From: Ruditapes philippinarum
Lineage: Eukaryota
Assembly (NCBI RefSeq): GCF_026571515.1
Contig: NW_026867374.1
Location: 62,001-126,000 of the forward strand
Direction: 5' to 3'
DNA length: 64,000 nt
How positions within the stretch are numbered: position 1 is the stretch's first letter; each line of letters opens with the position of its first letter. The translations under genes were made by a program, and so were the position numbers. The notes beneath the pieces are model-generated. The model did no database searches, was not told where the DNA came from, and saw only the letters and a list, made by a program, of their open reading frames with translations. Shown here one piece after another: positions 38,204 to 53,200 of this stretch.

Positions 38204-41200
38204 GTAATTACAAAATTGTTTATTTAACGTTTTACCTGCATATCAATTATTGTTTTAGTTCAATAATATAGTTAAGTTATAATATAGTTTGGTTTAAACA
38301 TATTTGCATTTAAGATATTTTTATATACACATGTTTATATTTTACAATTTAAAGCAAAAGAAATTGGACAGGAGCTACAGTAACTCATGGTAGTTCTCTC
38401 CTTTAATAAAAGCAATACGAACATATAATACCTGACTTATTAGAATTTTAATTAAAGAGAATAGATGAAGAAAAATTAGAAAAGAAATACAAATATGTAA
38501 GTAATTCATGGAAAATAATAGCGAGTAAGATTGGGGAAAGAGGAGAATGCGGATGTTTCTGAATAAAATTAACGTATCATTTTCAATCCTTAAGGTAAGA
38601 ACTTCATGTATGAATAAATGTTTGATTTACGAATACAAACTATGCCACATATATGTATGTAAATAACGGTCACGGAAATTTGTATATATCAAAATAATGG
38701 GGTTTGTTCTTAGTTGAAGCAAAATTATATTGTTTATTAAGAATATTATATATTTCATTACTCTTACAGAACAAGTAAACTTTACAATATTTAATATTCA
38801 AGCAATAAGAAATTATTTCATCAATATAATTAATATCATAATAATGCAAATAATTTTCTCAAAATTTGAGTGACTTTAACACAATGTATACTATGCTGTT
38901 TATACCATGAAGAACCGAAGCACTCACACAAGTCATAACAATATATTTCTGCTCTTCGACAGTTAACTAGTACGTGTGTGCATAAATATTTGTTATTCCT
39001 TTTTATTTTCTTTATGGTATATTTCTCCATTCAAATCTCATTACTTCCAAAAATTAGTTAAAGTTAAACCGCAATGATGACCCTTATACTTGAACTACTT
39101 TTCATTGCGCAGCGTAAGCGTAGCCGTTGATAATGTACTTCTATTTCCCGCGCTTTTTAAAAAATAGTATAAAGTTGCTGGGGTATTTTATGAACTTGTA
39201 GTCAATTACAATATTTCGTTCTTATAATTCTCGTTATTCTAGTATTGACGGCATATACGGGAGTATATAGCCTTCTTGATTTCTCGTCAGCAACTTGTAT
39301 TACTAATAGTGTACGAAGCGTGATGGATTAAAAGATAAATGTATAAACATAATAAATATTATTTTATAATTTATCAATAGAAAATTTGTTCAAAATGCAT
39401 TACAAACTACATGAACGACAACTAAATCTGAATTTTGAAGGTATTACTTAGTCAAGCTTATCAATATAATCTTTAACAATGTTGTTCTTTTGTTCCAATG
39501 GTTTCGAAAACTACGTAATGCGATAAGCTATACGTAGCTGCGCACCTTGGGGATGTTAGATAGTTTCGTATAGCAGAAGTAACCTTTAAATGTCATTTTA
39601 TATCATGTTATCCAAAGAGGGTCCATATTTCATACAAAACAAAGCAATAAATTATTCTACAATGAATTTGTTGTCGTTCTCATATCTACGACGTTAAATA
39701 TTTTATAACAATAAAACAAATAACACAATACAACAGCAATCCATTGCAAACGGGGATTTAATATGAGACAAACATTAAAACCCGTTTTTTATCAGTGCTG
39801 TTCCCCTATATACTGACAATTGGTGGTATAACGGTAAAAGTCTACATTTGATAAGAAATTGTTCAAACATCGATTTATAAGTCCAAATGTGATATTCTTT
39901 GCTGGAAAGCATGCAAACATCTCTGTATAACAAAGTTAGTCGGCTGTTTTGCTGCTATTACATCCCCTAGACAACAACAAATTACACCTTATTGCTCGTA
40001 CCATTAATATCAGGCTTATTTTAGTAATATTATATTATTTATACATCAAGAACTAGAAAATCAATTAGATCAATCAATGTTCATGCGAGACATACTTAAA
40101 ATATGGCGTATTTTTAACCCTTTTAACATAAGTGCCGAATATGGCAGGCCCACTAATTGAGCCCGGTCTACAGACAATTTAATGCAAACCATTCCATTGG
40201 CCACGAATGGACAAAAGTGTCTGTTTTATTGGCTTTTTCCATGTACTGAAGCACTTAAGATACTTAGAAATGGAATAATAATTGAATAATAAGTCATGGA
40301 AAGTATGGCAAAGGTGATGTCGATGTTGAAGATAAAGTTTGCACGTATTGGTTACAGTATACATATTATTTGCCGATACCCTTTCAAAAGTCTGGCCTTG
40401 GTTACAGGGAAATTTTGTTTACTTTTTAAAAGCAAACTGTTGGTATCAAAATTTGCAGAAATGCGTAGACTTCTAAATGGTTTACACTTAATTAAAATTT
40501 GATCATTATCAGAACTTCAAATACTGGTTATCAAGAGAGAGGGAGAGGTGAAAATAATATTTTCAGAAGTATACCTTTTGTGTATGCGGTTTTGCATTTG
40601 GATATCTGAGTTCTTGACCGAAACATCATTCATCATCTCAAGTCCGTAACATGACGTTACATCAGTTCCATGCTGTCTCGAACACTTTGGATGATCCATT
40701 TTCTAGATGGACGCATTGCTTAATTGTACAATAGTCTTTTAAAAGTCACAGTATCATTTTTTCCCTTCAGCTATTTACACGAAGCCACAATTGTGACAAT
40801 TGAAAAACGTCAAAACAGAGTAAAATATTGTGTATTCTGCAAATTTTGATATCATATTTGTCACTATTCTGCTCAGATTTGCCAATCCAAGTAACCAAGT
40901 GCACGCTTTCTTTTGCAACTGAGTATATATCAAAAACAATTTCTTGTAATATGTAGGAGTTTAACCATATCAGATTTCAATAACAAACATTTCTTTTACA
41001 TAAATTTGGTCATATCTGTCTTTAATTTAAGATATTATTAGTTTTACTTTTCATAAATCAGTCTCATTAATCTTTGTCATGCAATACTAGAACAATAATT
41101 ATACTACCATGTACGTTGTAAGTTATACTTAGAGGTAAAAATAAGCGTTATTGTGAAATTGACCTAAATGACAAAAATTGCATGGGTGGAAAAAATGCTC

Positions 41201-44200
41201 TATATATAAGTATCTTTAATATTACAAAAAATGCGTTTCTCTACAAAAACAAGTACCAACAACAGTCAGTTTACAAACAAACCGACATTTTCTTCTGGAT
41301 GACAAAATTATATTAAAACATGTCATCTATATATTATCATTGAGGAATAACAAAAATTAACAATAATTAAAAAAAATATCAATGATAAATTCCCACGATA
41401 GAGTAGACTTATTAATTCTTATCGTAACAACTGAATTAAAGTCACAATGCGTTTTTTCGTTGGGTTATATTTTGCAAAATTAAATGCGTCAAAACACAGG
41501 TATCAAATAATATGAATAAGCTTGAATTCACTTTGTAAAAAGCAATGAAAAGTAACCACAACAAAAATAGGAGCAGCAAACAAACTTAACAACTTGCATA
41601 GAACATTTAAAATTTAAATAATCAAATTCACGGTATTTTGTTCCTTGCGTAAACTTGTCGTTACACTAATAAATACTTAGTATGACTACCACTGTATTAC
41701 CTTTGTTAAAAATGAATTGAACATCCTTTTTTAATTAAGCTTTTAAGTATGATAAATTTGATTTCCTTTCAAATCTATGTCCTTTTCCTGAATCCTTTTC
41801 ATTGATTATTATACTATATTGGAAAGAATAGCCAATTTAACTTGGTATATTGTCTAACAACGAAATTTTATTACATACAGCATTTTTATAAAAGATGGTT
41901 AAGAGTACATACGGTACATCTGTTTATAATAGTTTTTTTTTATAAAAAACACCACAAAAATTGTTAACAGACATAGCTACATATTGAAGTAATTAGTACA
42001 AGTACTGTAAAGATTACTGTCAGATAATAATTAACATGGCAAATTGTTAGACAAATACAAATAAAAAAGACAATATATAGCATATAACATACTTTTTTCT
42101 CTTGATTTGGGACGTTAGATATATAACTATGTTTCTTATTGTTTCTAAATAAACCAGTGTTTTGAACTTTATAGTGGCTTAAACATTCTTATCTCAGTGC
42201 GTCTATTCATATGCACATGACTAAATCGCCATATACATTGAATCGCTGTATTTATTTCAAGTTGATAACATTTTTTTTGTATTTTAGAATGACTTTAACC
42301 TGAATTTCAGCTTAACAGCGTGCTGGGTTTTTTTTTAAAGAAAAACTGAATCTCTTTTATGTCAGAGGCAACATTTGTGGGAAAACATAAATTTCTAAAT
42401 CCTCATAACAAGATTTGTATTGATAAAGTGAAATGAAAGCAGGAGAGTTTATTGAATTTAAATGTTTAGAACATTTTACTGTCCGCTTTTACAGTCAGCT
42501 TTTTACTCTTCTCTAATGTTCATACATTGTTTTGAGAATATATTTTTGTTGGTGATTATAATTTTGAAATCGTATTATTAAAAGTGAAAATTTACATAAC
42601 AGCACGACTTCTTGCAACTTGGGGTCAATTACATTGAAATGTAATGACCTGCATTACATTACAATTCCATTAACAGACCTCTATTCATTATATTACGTCT
42701 TTAAATAAACCCAATGTCATAGAAATGTGAATAGCAAAGTGTTCAACGTATAAATATCACTAGTTATAAGAATACTCGTACTAAATACGTACATTCAAAC
42801 TACAGATAAAATTAATACACAATAAATAAAACAGTTTAAAGTCAAACAGTTTTGAACAACCCAGAGTGTTAGTTACATGTACTTTAAAGCAACACCAGGG
42901 GGTCAAAATCACCTCTCCTTCTGGAGCTAAGAGATACATAAACTCCAGTAAATCGAACCTATTTAGTCGCCGTTGGGTATACGGCGACTGCAATTCTTAG
43001 GCATCAACCTTAAAAAGCAACCCTCAGCCACAAGAGGGACAAACCGTATTACTAAGTGCGTTCTAACACACTATTCTGTAATATATATATTGAATAAAAT
43101 GACAAGTTCTTTGTTACTTAAATGTGAAAACAGTTACGACAGTGTGTTTAAAGAGAAGTAGATTTATAGTTACTTTATATGTCATTTTCCATTTCCTGTT
43201 TAGCTGAATTTTTACTTAGCACACATATGAATTTTTCAGTACCGTCATTACTGAGACGGATTAAACTAACTTTAACATCAGGAAAGATATTTCTTCAAGT
43301 TTTATTGCAAGATGTCATGAATTAATAATTAAAAAAGTAAAATTGTTTTTGTAGAATTCTATGCTGTCGTTCCTCCTTACAAGTTGAATTTGCTCTAAAG
43401 GGCCTTATCCTATACACTAAATACAAGGTGTAATAAAAATAATTAGAAAAGTGTTTGTTGTTCATACTGCGATCTCAGAAACATAAAGCAGATCTGATCA
43501 CAAACCAAACTTTGTTATAAGAACAGATACTAGTATGCAAGTGTTTCTTCTTTTCTCCTTCATCCACAGTATCAAACCATCTACTTTTATGAGTGTGTCT
43601 GAAATTCATTTTGAAGTATTTCTTTGTAAGATGAAGATAATTTATACAATTTACGGTACTGTCAGTAATTTGTTTGTCGAGGAATATTTGTGTATATATC
43701 ATTTAACATTGATCTCCTGTTGATGCAATTGTTTTTTCTAAATTTGGAACGCCAACAATCATAAATAGTTAATTTTCTATCCAGCAAATTGCATAGATAC
43801 ACCCTTGGGATTTCGTTATTATATCTGCTTGGTACTAATACTTTTCTCAACACAGTTATCTACCATCTTCCGAATGGTTTCTATAAGTTTTATAATTTCC
43901 TGTTTGAATAATTTATAATGACATCCCGCCGTTTTTCGGCCGTGTACCCTGTCCTGTTTGGTGTCCTGCTGGGCTCCTTGCCGATGGTCCTGTGTTGAGG
44001 GATGCGTTCGTTGAATGCCTCCTTTCCTTGTTGATCTTGCTTTTCATATTTTACAATGATAGTGTGTCATTTTAAATGCTATAAATTACATGTTTTGTAC
44101 TTTAGAACATGATTGGTCGGAATAAAATCACATCAAAAGTGTATTATAATATCGCATTGTTTTTTTTGTAACTTCAGTCATACCGTTCATCGTCGTTTTA

Positions 44201-45390
44201 AATTTATCTTTAAAGCCTGAACAAATTATATTAGTAACTGACAAATGAACATTTATGGCTTAGTTTCAAGTTCCCAAGATACTAATTGATATAATTTAAA
44301 CATGTCGGTTTCATCTGCTGACATTTTGCTTCTAGTTATTAAAGTCATATAGTATTTTACAGCTCTGTAGAGAGCAGGCACATATACATTTGTAATTCTG
44401 CTTCAATATAACACTGACTGTAATAATATATATGATGAAATTAGATTTAACATATAATAAAAGTGATATCATTGAAAAATGTTATCATTAAGTAAAGATG
44501 CCATGATTTTATTGACTGATATTATTTTCTTAGAAAAAAGTCGGCATAGAAATATTGTGTTAAGTAGGTTTTTTGTCTTGCCTTTATTATACTGTAACAA
44601 CTTATATAGTCACAAACCTTACAAGATTCCATCTATAATATATGAATTATGCAATAGTTTTACCTTAACTATAATATAATTATCAATTTAGACTGTTTTT
44701 CCTAAACATTTTAGCAATATTTCCTAGAATAAAAAAACAACAAATTATTATATCAAAATTTTCTCTCTATATATAAAAAATCAACAAAAGATGCCAATAA
44801 TTAAAAATATAACTAGTTATAAAAACAAATTTTGACGAAGCATTTAAAACATAAATCAAATTCTGCGAAACCATTTTTTTTGAAAATGTATTGCTACCTG
44901 GATGGATTAAGTTGATTTAGAGAATATTTATGGATTTGCTATATCATAAGGCATTGGTCTTGGTTTAATTATCACTAACTCTTCTGTTTTAGTCCACTTT
45001 TGATACATTCACTGGTGAACACAATGTCGGAGAGCAAATCAACTTTAATACCCATTTATTGCACATAACAATCATATTATATTACCTTTCATACTTGGCA
45101 AGATTGCAAGATTGTAAAAAGGACTAAAATATTCATAACGGTTGATGAATTTTTTTTGAATAACCATATAAAACTAAACAAAAGTAGACAGCATGTTGGC
45201 CGTCCGTTACCTCTTGCGTCGCCTCATAAATTTTAACCATTATGCGTGTTGTAGGTCCATAAATGGCAAATGGGTCAAATGGCCTGCATTCAATAACTAG
45301 GAACCTGTACATCAATACATAATTGTTCTCTTCATACACTTTATAATGCTATCTTAGACGACGAGTAGTTCCAATTCACTGTCGTATTAT

Positions 45391-45508
45391 GAAGCCACGC
45401 AAACATCGTTTTTTATTGAGTAAAAATCCCGATAATCAAGTGTTTTGTAATACGCCAAAAGTCAATGCGCTCTAGTATTTTGCCTGTTTATACAGATCAT
45501 CAGTTAAG
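45391..45508 (+). promoter_or_regulatory. Conserved non-coding module upstream of first-exon cassette V3
   Basis: cacgcaaacatcgttttttattgagtaaaaatcccgataatca...gtcaatgc is homologous to 33171-33290. Confidence 0.55.
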
Positions 45509-45889
45509 TGTATTGGATACCTTGATAAAGGATTTACATGATAAAATATCAATTAAAGATAGAGTAGAGAGTATAATTCACTTTAGTCGCGCTAATTTTA
45601 ACATTTATTCACCAGAAGTGTTCATGATTTGGGACTAAAATAAATTATTATAACTAACCTTAGGCCATCGGCCAAGTTTTGAATTATTGTCGGGGATTGT
45701 GATAATTATTCTAAAGTTAACGTTAAAGTTCAAAAGAGATGTTTCTTCAAACTTATGAATTTACATGATTGATAATAAGCGTTTATGATTGTATAGTTCT
45801 CAAAATACATTGGAATAACGTTAAAGAAATCAGCAACAATTTAGATGCTATAAGTGGTCAAATTAACAAGGATTCGTTTAATTAAGACA

Positions 45890-45964
45890 ATGGATAAGGA
45901 ATATTACAAGGTTTATAATCAATCGGATCTACAATTCCGCCATCCGCCGCCAGAATATACAGAG
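45890..45964 (+). CDS. Orphan first coding exon V3: MDKEYYKVYNQSDLQFRHPPPEYTE (PPEY)
   Basis: acaATGG context, 25 open codons, GAG|gtgagt consensus phase-0 donor; QFRHPPPEYTE resembles V1 QFHHPPPEYNE. Confidence 0.8.
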
Positions 45965-47683
45965 GTGAGTACAGGCATATTAACATTTTCATGTAATCAA
46001 CTGATCAACATTACATTAACGACCTATTTTAAAAATGCACGGTAACGTCTGATTCTTAGAAATATATAATCTATTACTCTCTAAAGCATTAATTTACTTT
46101 TAACAAATAATTGTATTAAATAGTTCAATCTCTATCAAAGCTATGGAAGATTTACCTGAGAAGTAATATTCATTCATAATATTGATGTTTTTATTTTGCT
46201 CTCGCAGGAGATGAATTATTACTCTTAGATAAACTCCACTACGTATCATTTTCTTCGACAAATACTTTGTATCGTGGCTAACACACCTTTTCAACACATT
46301 GTAGTAATTAACTTAGTGTTTTAATTGCCCGCATCATAAGAAAAGTACAATAAAATCAGTATGTGTTACATTGTTGTTCTCGTTTGACGTTCAAACACAC
46401 TAAAAATACTTTTTACAAAGCACACATGCCAGTTTGTTAAGTGGTTCATGTAGATAACGGAAACTGTATATTCAATTTCAACGTTTTTCTGTAAATAGTA
46501 ATTATGTTCTTAGTACGGAATCGTAGTTGTTTACAATCGCAGCAAAGTACAGCAAAGTACAATTTGGTAGATGTACAGATTCGATCCACATGTATCGCTT
46601 AGAAAAGATTCTAAATTTAGTTCTGCTGCAGTAAAATAATCATTATAATCAAAACAAATCGTCTTATCTTGAAGATTTTGCAATAAATCTTGATTTACAA
46701 ATTAAGAGGTAGATTTGATTTTGTTTAGCTACCTCTAAATAACTATTACATAAGACAAGAATTGCTGTATTATTCATTGTCCAAGAACAAGAGGTGTTTT
46801 TCTTCTTCTAAATTTCTATAAGGGGTAATGATTGCGGCTGTTAATTAATATTTGATGCACTCAGTCTACATTGGTCGTCCCATGTGACACATTCGCATGC
46901 GCAAATTAAAACACGCAAGGCATAGAAGCATGCAACATTTACTACATTTATGTTCCTTATTGAATAAAAAAAAATCTCCATTCACATATGTTATTTTTGC
47001 ACTCGTGTTTAAAAATATTTGGATATTAAACTAAATATAATGATTTAGAGATAAATATAGGCATAAATATTTCTAAAATAGTTCTAAATTTCATTCGTAA
47101 CGTAGTAATAATTTCAGAAAATGTTTCCAAGTAAGACAACTTAAATATTTTACTTTGGTCAAATGAAATAGGTGATGAAACATAAGAAAACATGTCAATC
47201 TTCATGAAGTAGTAAAGAAATAGCTACTCTTTAAACATTCCCTTCCTTTCCTTTTTGGCTTAAAGTAAGATTAATTCTGGTAAAGAGCGTAACTTTATTC
47301 TCATACAGAATATTCCGAGGTTGGTACAGGAATTTTCGTATATTTGACAATCGTTTAAAAACGTTTGAACTACATACCGCAACATTTGTTTCGCATTTTC
47401 ATAAATCCTAACAAAACGTTTTTTTTTCTCTACTGATAAAGTTATTATTAAATGTTCTGGAGGTAAAGTATCAATACATCAAAGAAAAGAATATTTAACA
47501 ATATCTCATATAATATAAATCCAGAATATTGATAAATGACTTGTGGATGAACGAATATGTGAAGATCCTACCATAGTTTTACAAGGGTCATACTCCCCAC
47601 TTTTATTAAATTATCAAAAACGTTGAATCAAAATTTGGCTGATTCAATCTCCTTCCCGATAATGTACTTTTTATAGACTAACA

Positions 47684-50171
47684 CCCAGCAAACACAAGAC
47701 GTCATACTGATGTCAGATTTAAGTCAGGTTCTGACGTCGGATGACGGTCGGAAAAACGGTTGGATTTGAAAGTTTTTTTGACGTAATAATCTGACGTCAG
47801 GTAGACGTCAGAATCTAACCATTATTTAACCTTTTTCTGACCAAAATCTGACCATTATCTAACCATTTTTCGACCTCAATCTGACAATTTTCTGACCTCA
47901 ATCTGACCATTTTCCGACCTAAATCTAACCAGTTTCTAACCATTTTCCGACCTCAATCTGACCATTTTCCGACCTAAATATTAACGCCTTTTCTGCCCTA
48001 AATCTGATCATTTTCTGACCTTCATCTTATCATTCCCCTAATCCTTTTTGTTTCACCACGTCATCAATATTTTCTGGCTAATCCTGATTTGATCTAATTT
48101 AATATAACTCATTCTATTAAGTAACTTTCCCTCAAATGAAATGTATAACAGAAAACTAAAGCAAAAAATATGTTTCATGCTTTTTTTAATTTAAGATAAA
48201 AGTTGCAATTTTAAGCTGATACATACAATTTTAGTAGATTCTGCAAGGTAAATAATTTTCATAATTAAACAAAATAAAACATAAAATAAGTTAATTACAA
48301 AACAAAAAGTATTACAAAAACAATGACATAAATGAAACTAAGAAAACATGTACAAATATTAAAGAACAAAACAATGTATGCACATTTCTATCAAAGTTTG
48401 CTGTATCAAATAAAACAATGAAAATATTATAATTTTAAGAAAAGTTAAAAGATTCTGATAATAATGTTTCAAGCAATTTATGACAGATTTTCAGTACTTT
48501 AACTATATTTCTACAGCATTTCTAAAACATTTAATGCCATTTTGCATATTTTGACCTCCTTTGATAATTGTCAGGAATGTATAAATTGCTGCCTTTTAGT
48601 TACTTCACAAAGTTATACTTTTAGATATCCATGAGAATTAGCACGAATTTTGAGGTGTGATGCTTTAAGATATGACCTTCTTTCAGCACCCCTCGTCTGT
48701 CCGGAGAATTAATATGTAGCGTTTGTAGCGCCCAATAGCGTGTGTGACATCATTTTCACTGAAAAAAAAAAGAAATTTATGAAACATGTAAAAATAACAA
48801 GCAAAAATGTTTTCATGGTTATCATGGTTATCTTAACTTAATGGACAATTATGCCAACATTTTATAAGAGAGCTTTAACAAAAATTAAAAGTAAACATAA
48901 ATACTGAACATTTAAAAAGCCGCTTTTAAATTCCAGTTTAGTATGGATTAAAGTATGTAATAGAATTTACAAAAATCTTACTTTCATATGTTTCTTTTTA
49001 CATATTCACGTGTTTCCGTCCCTCCGACCTTTGAGAGCATGTCCAACACTTTAACTACCTGAAAAGAAAATTATATTCTAACTTATGTATATATTCTACT
49101 TTAAATATTTCATAGTCTTAAATTAAAGATTTAATGCCGAAATGTCTGGAACCAAAACGTCTTGCGTTATTTGGGACCGGAACGTTTTTGGTTATTTGGG
49201 ACCGAAACGTTTTGGTCCGAAATGCTCGAAATCGTACAAATTCATTCTCAATTCTCAGATTTTAACTGACAAAAACATTACAGTTTAAGAAAAATATGAA
49301 AACTAAATATTCTCTTTGGTAATACTGAAAGGCATATTATAAACTTATCACAAGCAGAGTTAAAACATGTCAATTTTAAAAGGATTTATTATTAGACATT
49401 ATCGCGAATTTGTGTGACATTTTACTTCAGCTGTTCAAATAATGATAATTAAATTTAAGAGTGCTTGCAACCATGCAATTATTTATCAAATAAAGAGTAG
49501 AAATAAATCTAAATAAATTGAACTGACCTTTTTGTTCAAGAAAATCTATAATATTCACTTATAAATGCATTCCAATTCCTGACCGACAGCCAAAACGTAA
49601 CGCCTACGAATTTGAATTTCCATCCACGTGACTTTAGATTCGAATTAAAGGTTAATCATGTTTTCTTTCCCTTTTCTGTCACTAAGATTAAATGTTAAAC
49701 CACTATTAAAAACGCGTTATTTTGATACATATAATGTACCACAAATGATAATATTATGTACAACGTTAAAATTTAAATGATTGGAACTTGTAAACAGATC
49801 TGTGACTATAAATAGCTTTCATAACAATAACACATGTAACTTGCGTATATACAGCGCCACCTATATGTTTTATTAGGTTGCAGCGCCGCGATCTTGGTCT
49901 GTATTTATATAAGAACACTTCATTTGTAATCCAAATAACATTTGAAAAAAGTTTAAATGATTACAACAGCGAATAAGGATTATTTTTTGTTATTTTTTTT
50001 TACCTACCGTCAGGACACCGACCATAACCTGACGTTAGTACGACGTCAAAAAGAAACGTCTATTAGACATCGGTATTTTAACGTCAGATTTACGTCGTAT
50101 TTTGGTCGCCGATGTTGTGACCAAAATCTTACAGTAATCCGACGTTATTTTAACGTCATGTGTTTGCTGGG
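47684..50171 (-). mobile_element. EnSpm/CMC-like internally deleted DNA transposon
   Basis: TIR CCCAGCAAACACA[A/T]GACGT at both ends, 2-bp flanking duplication CA/CA, subterminal ~22-bp tandem repeats (47815-48030), decayed minus-strand exons. Confidence 0.75.
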
Positions 50172-50261
50172 CATGGAAGTAAAGTTCTTTTTTTCAAAAT
50201 GTTATATTTTCGCAAAGTAGCGTTGCAGTATTAGCATAGTGACCCAATTAAAACGAGTCTT

Positions 50262-53200
50262 TCAGTTTCAATTACTGTTTATCAACTATGCTTACCAACC
50301 CTCTTTATTTCAAGATTTATGCATCAACAGCGCGTGAATACTGACTTGATAAGTGTTTATATGTCATCATTAATCTAGTATAGATTCTACAGAGTCTTAA
50401 TCTGTTATAGAACGCATTGATTCCACTATAATATGTTTCTATGTAATTGTAACAATCCCCCGAGAACTATTTCACTGTGAATACATGATTATTTACACAA
50501 TGTTGACAAAGTTTATGTCACTTGGGTCTTTTATAATGGCAATGTATAAGATAGATAAAAAGTGAATTATTTGTCATAAATCAGTATCAAATGAGACAAT
50601 GGGGAAAAACACAACTTAATACAATCATAATACATTTGTGTGATTATGGATATTTGAAAATGAATAAACTGTCCGGGGGATGAAAATGATACAATGAGGT
50701 GATTTTCATATGAATATTTATGAGGCCAGTTGTGACTATGTAAAAAATTAAAAATACGTTTCATAATAATTTTCTTCCTAAACATTACATGTCAAGAACA
50801 TAGATATTTTGATATCTAAGAGCATTTTTAAGAAGGTGGGAAAATATGAATGACTGTAATGAGTAAAATGTAAAAAAACAATGGTTAATTTTCGGTGTCC
50901 TTTGAATAAAATATTTGTACAATAAGCTTTTATCCAGAAAGAGTGAGAAAGAGGAATATATTGAAGAATGTTGTTCTATTTTTCTAAACTGATAATAGCC
51001 CATAAGCATGTAGCAGAAAAAATATATAAATGAAAAAAAAAAAAAACAACAAATCTTGGCAGTTAACATATTTAGCTTGCAATACTGTAAACTATAGTCA
51101 GGCATATTGTAGATCTTTGTAAATCTATAAATGACCCGGACAGTAAACTTGAGTCTTTCATCACACCAGTGTTGACCTAAGAATGCTATAATTAAGATTC
51201 ATTGGTGTCTTATTACTAATATATGTTACCAGGAAAACAAATTAATTGTTGGCGTATCTCTAACATGTTGTATCAATTAGCAAGAAAGAATATCGCACAA
51301 TGTATTAAATATTTAGTCGTAATTATGTTTTATTCCGCTAGCTTCTCATCGGATTATTATCTGATCAAGACAGTTTAATACTCTATCTTCTAATGATTAA
51401 GGTTTCTAGCAGACTTTTTTTCTCAATTATAGACAATGGTATGACCTATAACATAATGTTGACAAAGTCTATGTCACTTGGGCTTTTATAATGACAATGC
51501 ATAAGATAGATAAGAAGTGAAATATTTGTCATAAATCAGTATCAAATGAGACAATGGGGAAAAACATACAATCATAATACATTTGTTTGATTATGGATAT
51601 TTGAAAAGGAATAAACTGTCCGGGGGTGAAAATGATACACTGTGGTGATTTTCATAAGCGAGATTGTGACTATGTAAAGAATTAAAAATACGTTTCATAA
51701 TACTTGTCTTCCAAAACATTACATGTCCAGAAAATGTATTCTTTCATTAAAGCCATATTTCACCTTAAGATTTAACGAATCATTTAGACAATCAGGTCAA
51801 ATGGGCTGTAATCTGATATTTTGATACCTTAGAGAATTTAAAAAGGTGGGAAAATATGAATGACTGTAATGGGTAAAATTTAAAAGAACAATGTTTATAT
51901 TTCGGTCTCCTTTAAATAAAATATTTGTACACAAATATCTTTTATCCAGAAAGAGTGAGAAAGAGGAATATATTGAAGAATGTTGTTCTATTTTTCTAAA
52001 CTGATAATAGCCCATGAGCATGTAGCAGAAAAGATATAAATGAAAACCCAAATCTTGGCAGTTAACATATTTAGCTTGCAATACTGTAAAAAATAGTCAG
52101 ACATATTGTAGATCTTTGTAAATCTATAAATGACCCGGACAGTAAACTTGAGTCGTTCATCACACCAGTGTTGACCTTAGAAACTATAATTGTGATTCAT
52201 TGGTTCTTATAACTAAAATCTGTTACCAGGAAAACAATAGAATGATTGTTGGCTCTGTCTCGTTTGTATTGCTCCAACATCTTGTATCAATTAGTAAGAA
52301 AGAATATCGCACAATGTAGATGTGTATGTTTATTATGTTTAATCGTAATAATGTTATATTCCGCTAGCTTCTCATCGGCTGCTTATCTTATAAAGACAGT
52401 TTAATCATCTTCTCAATGATTAAGGTTTAAAGCAGGCTTCTTTTCTCAATTATAGACAATGGTATGACCTATAAACACAAATATATAACAATAATACGAT
52501 AATACTTAAACTGAAATAATGAGGCTATTAGAAGTGCAAACATGATGTCCCTACCTTTTGATATTACTACTAATAATTTGCTATGATTGTTAACAAATAA
52601 ATCGTGTAGCATTTGGGAAATTCATTTTCAATTCAACAACAGGAATAATTTTTTCGGACTGAAATTTGACCTTTGAGAAGATACAAAGTTTTAGATGAAT
52701 AGCTTTCTTTCCTTTTAACTCATTTGTTCCATTTCAATATTGATAGTGGGTGTATCTATTTCTTTCGAGTATTTAAATCTGCAAATGCATCCCGCAAAAA
52801 AAAATCCGCATATGAAGAAATTGAAAAAAAGTCCGAGTGACACTGGAGATGTTTAAGCACGACACATTATGAAACGCCAGGCCGTCATGATGTTATATTG
52901 CAGTCAGCCAATTTCTAAGTGGCAGTCAGATTATGCATTTTCAAAGAACGTGTAATAACGACGTTTGCACGCGTGATATTATTCGTTAACACACGTATCC
53001 GTCTCCGTATAAAGGTGTGTAATTATATGCATAAATCGGTTACTGACAAAGCATACTTGAGTAACATGAACATTTCAACCACAGTTCAATTACTTTTTAT
53101 CAACTGTGCTTACTTACCCTCATTATTTTTAAATTTATACATCAACAACGCGGGAGTATTGACATGATAAGTGTTTATATGTCATCATTAATTGAAGACC

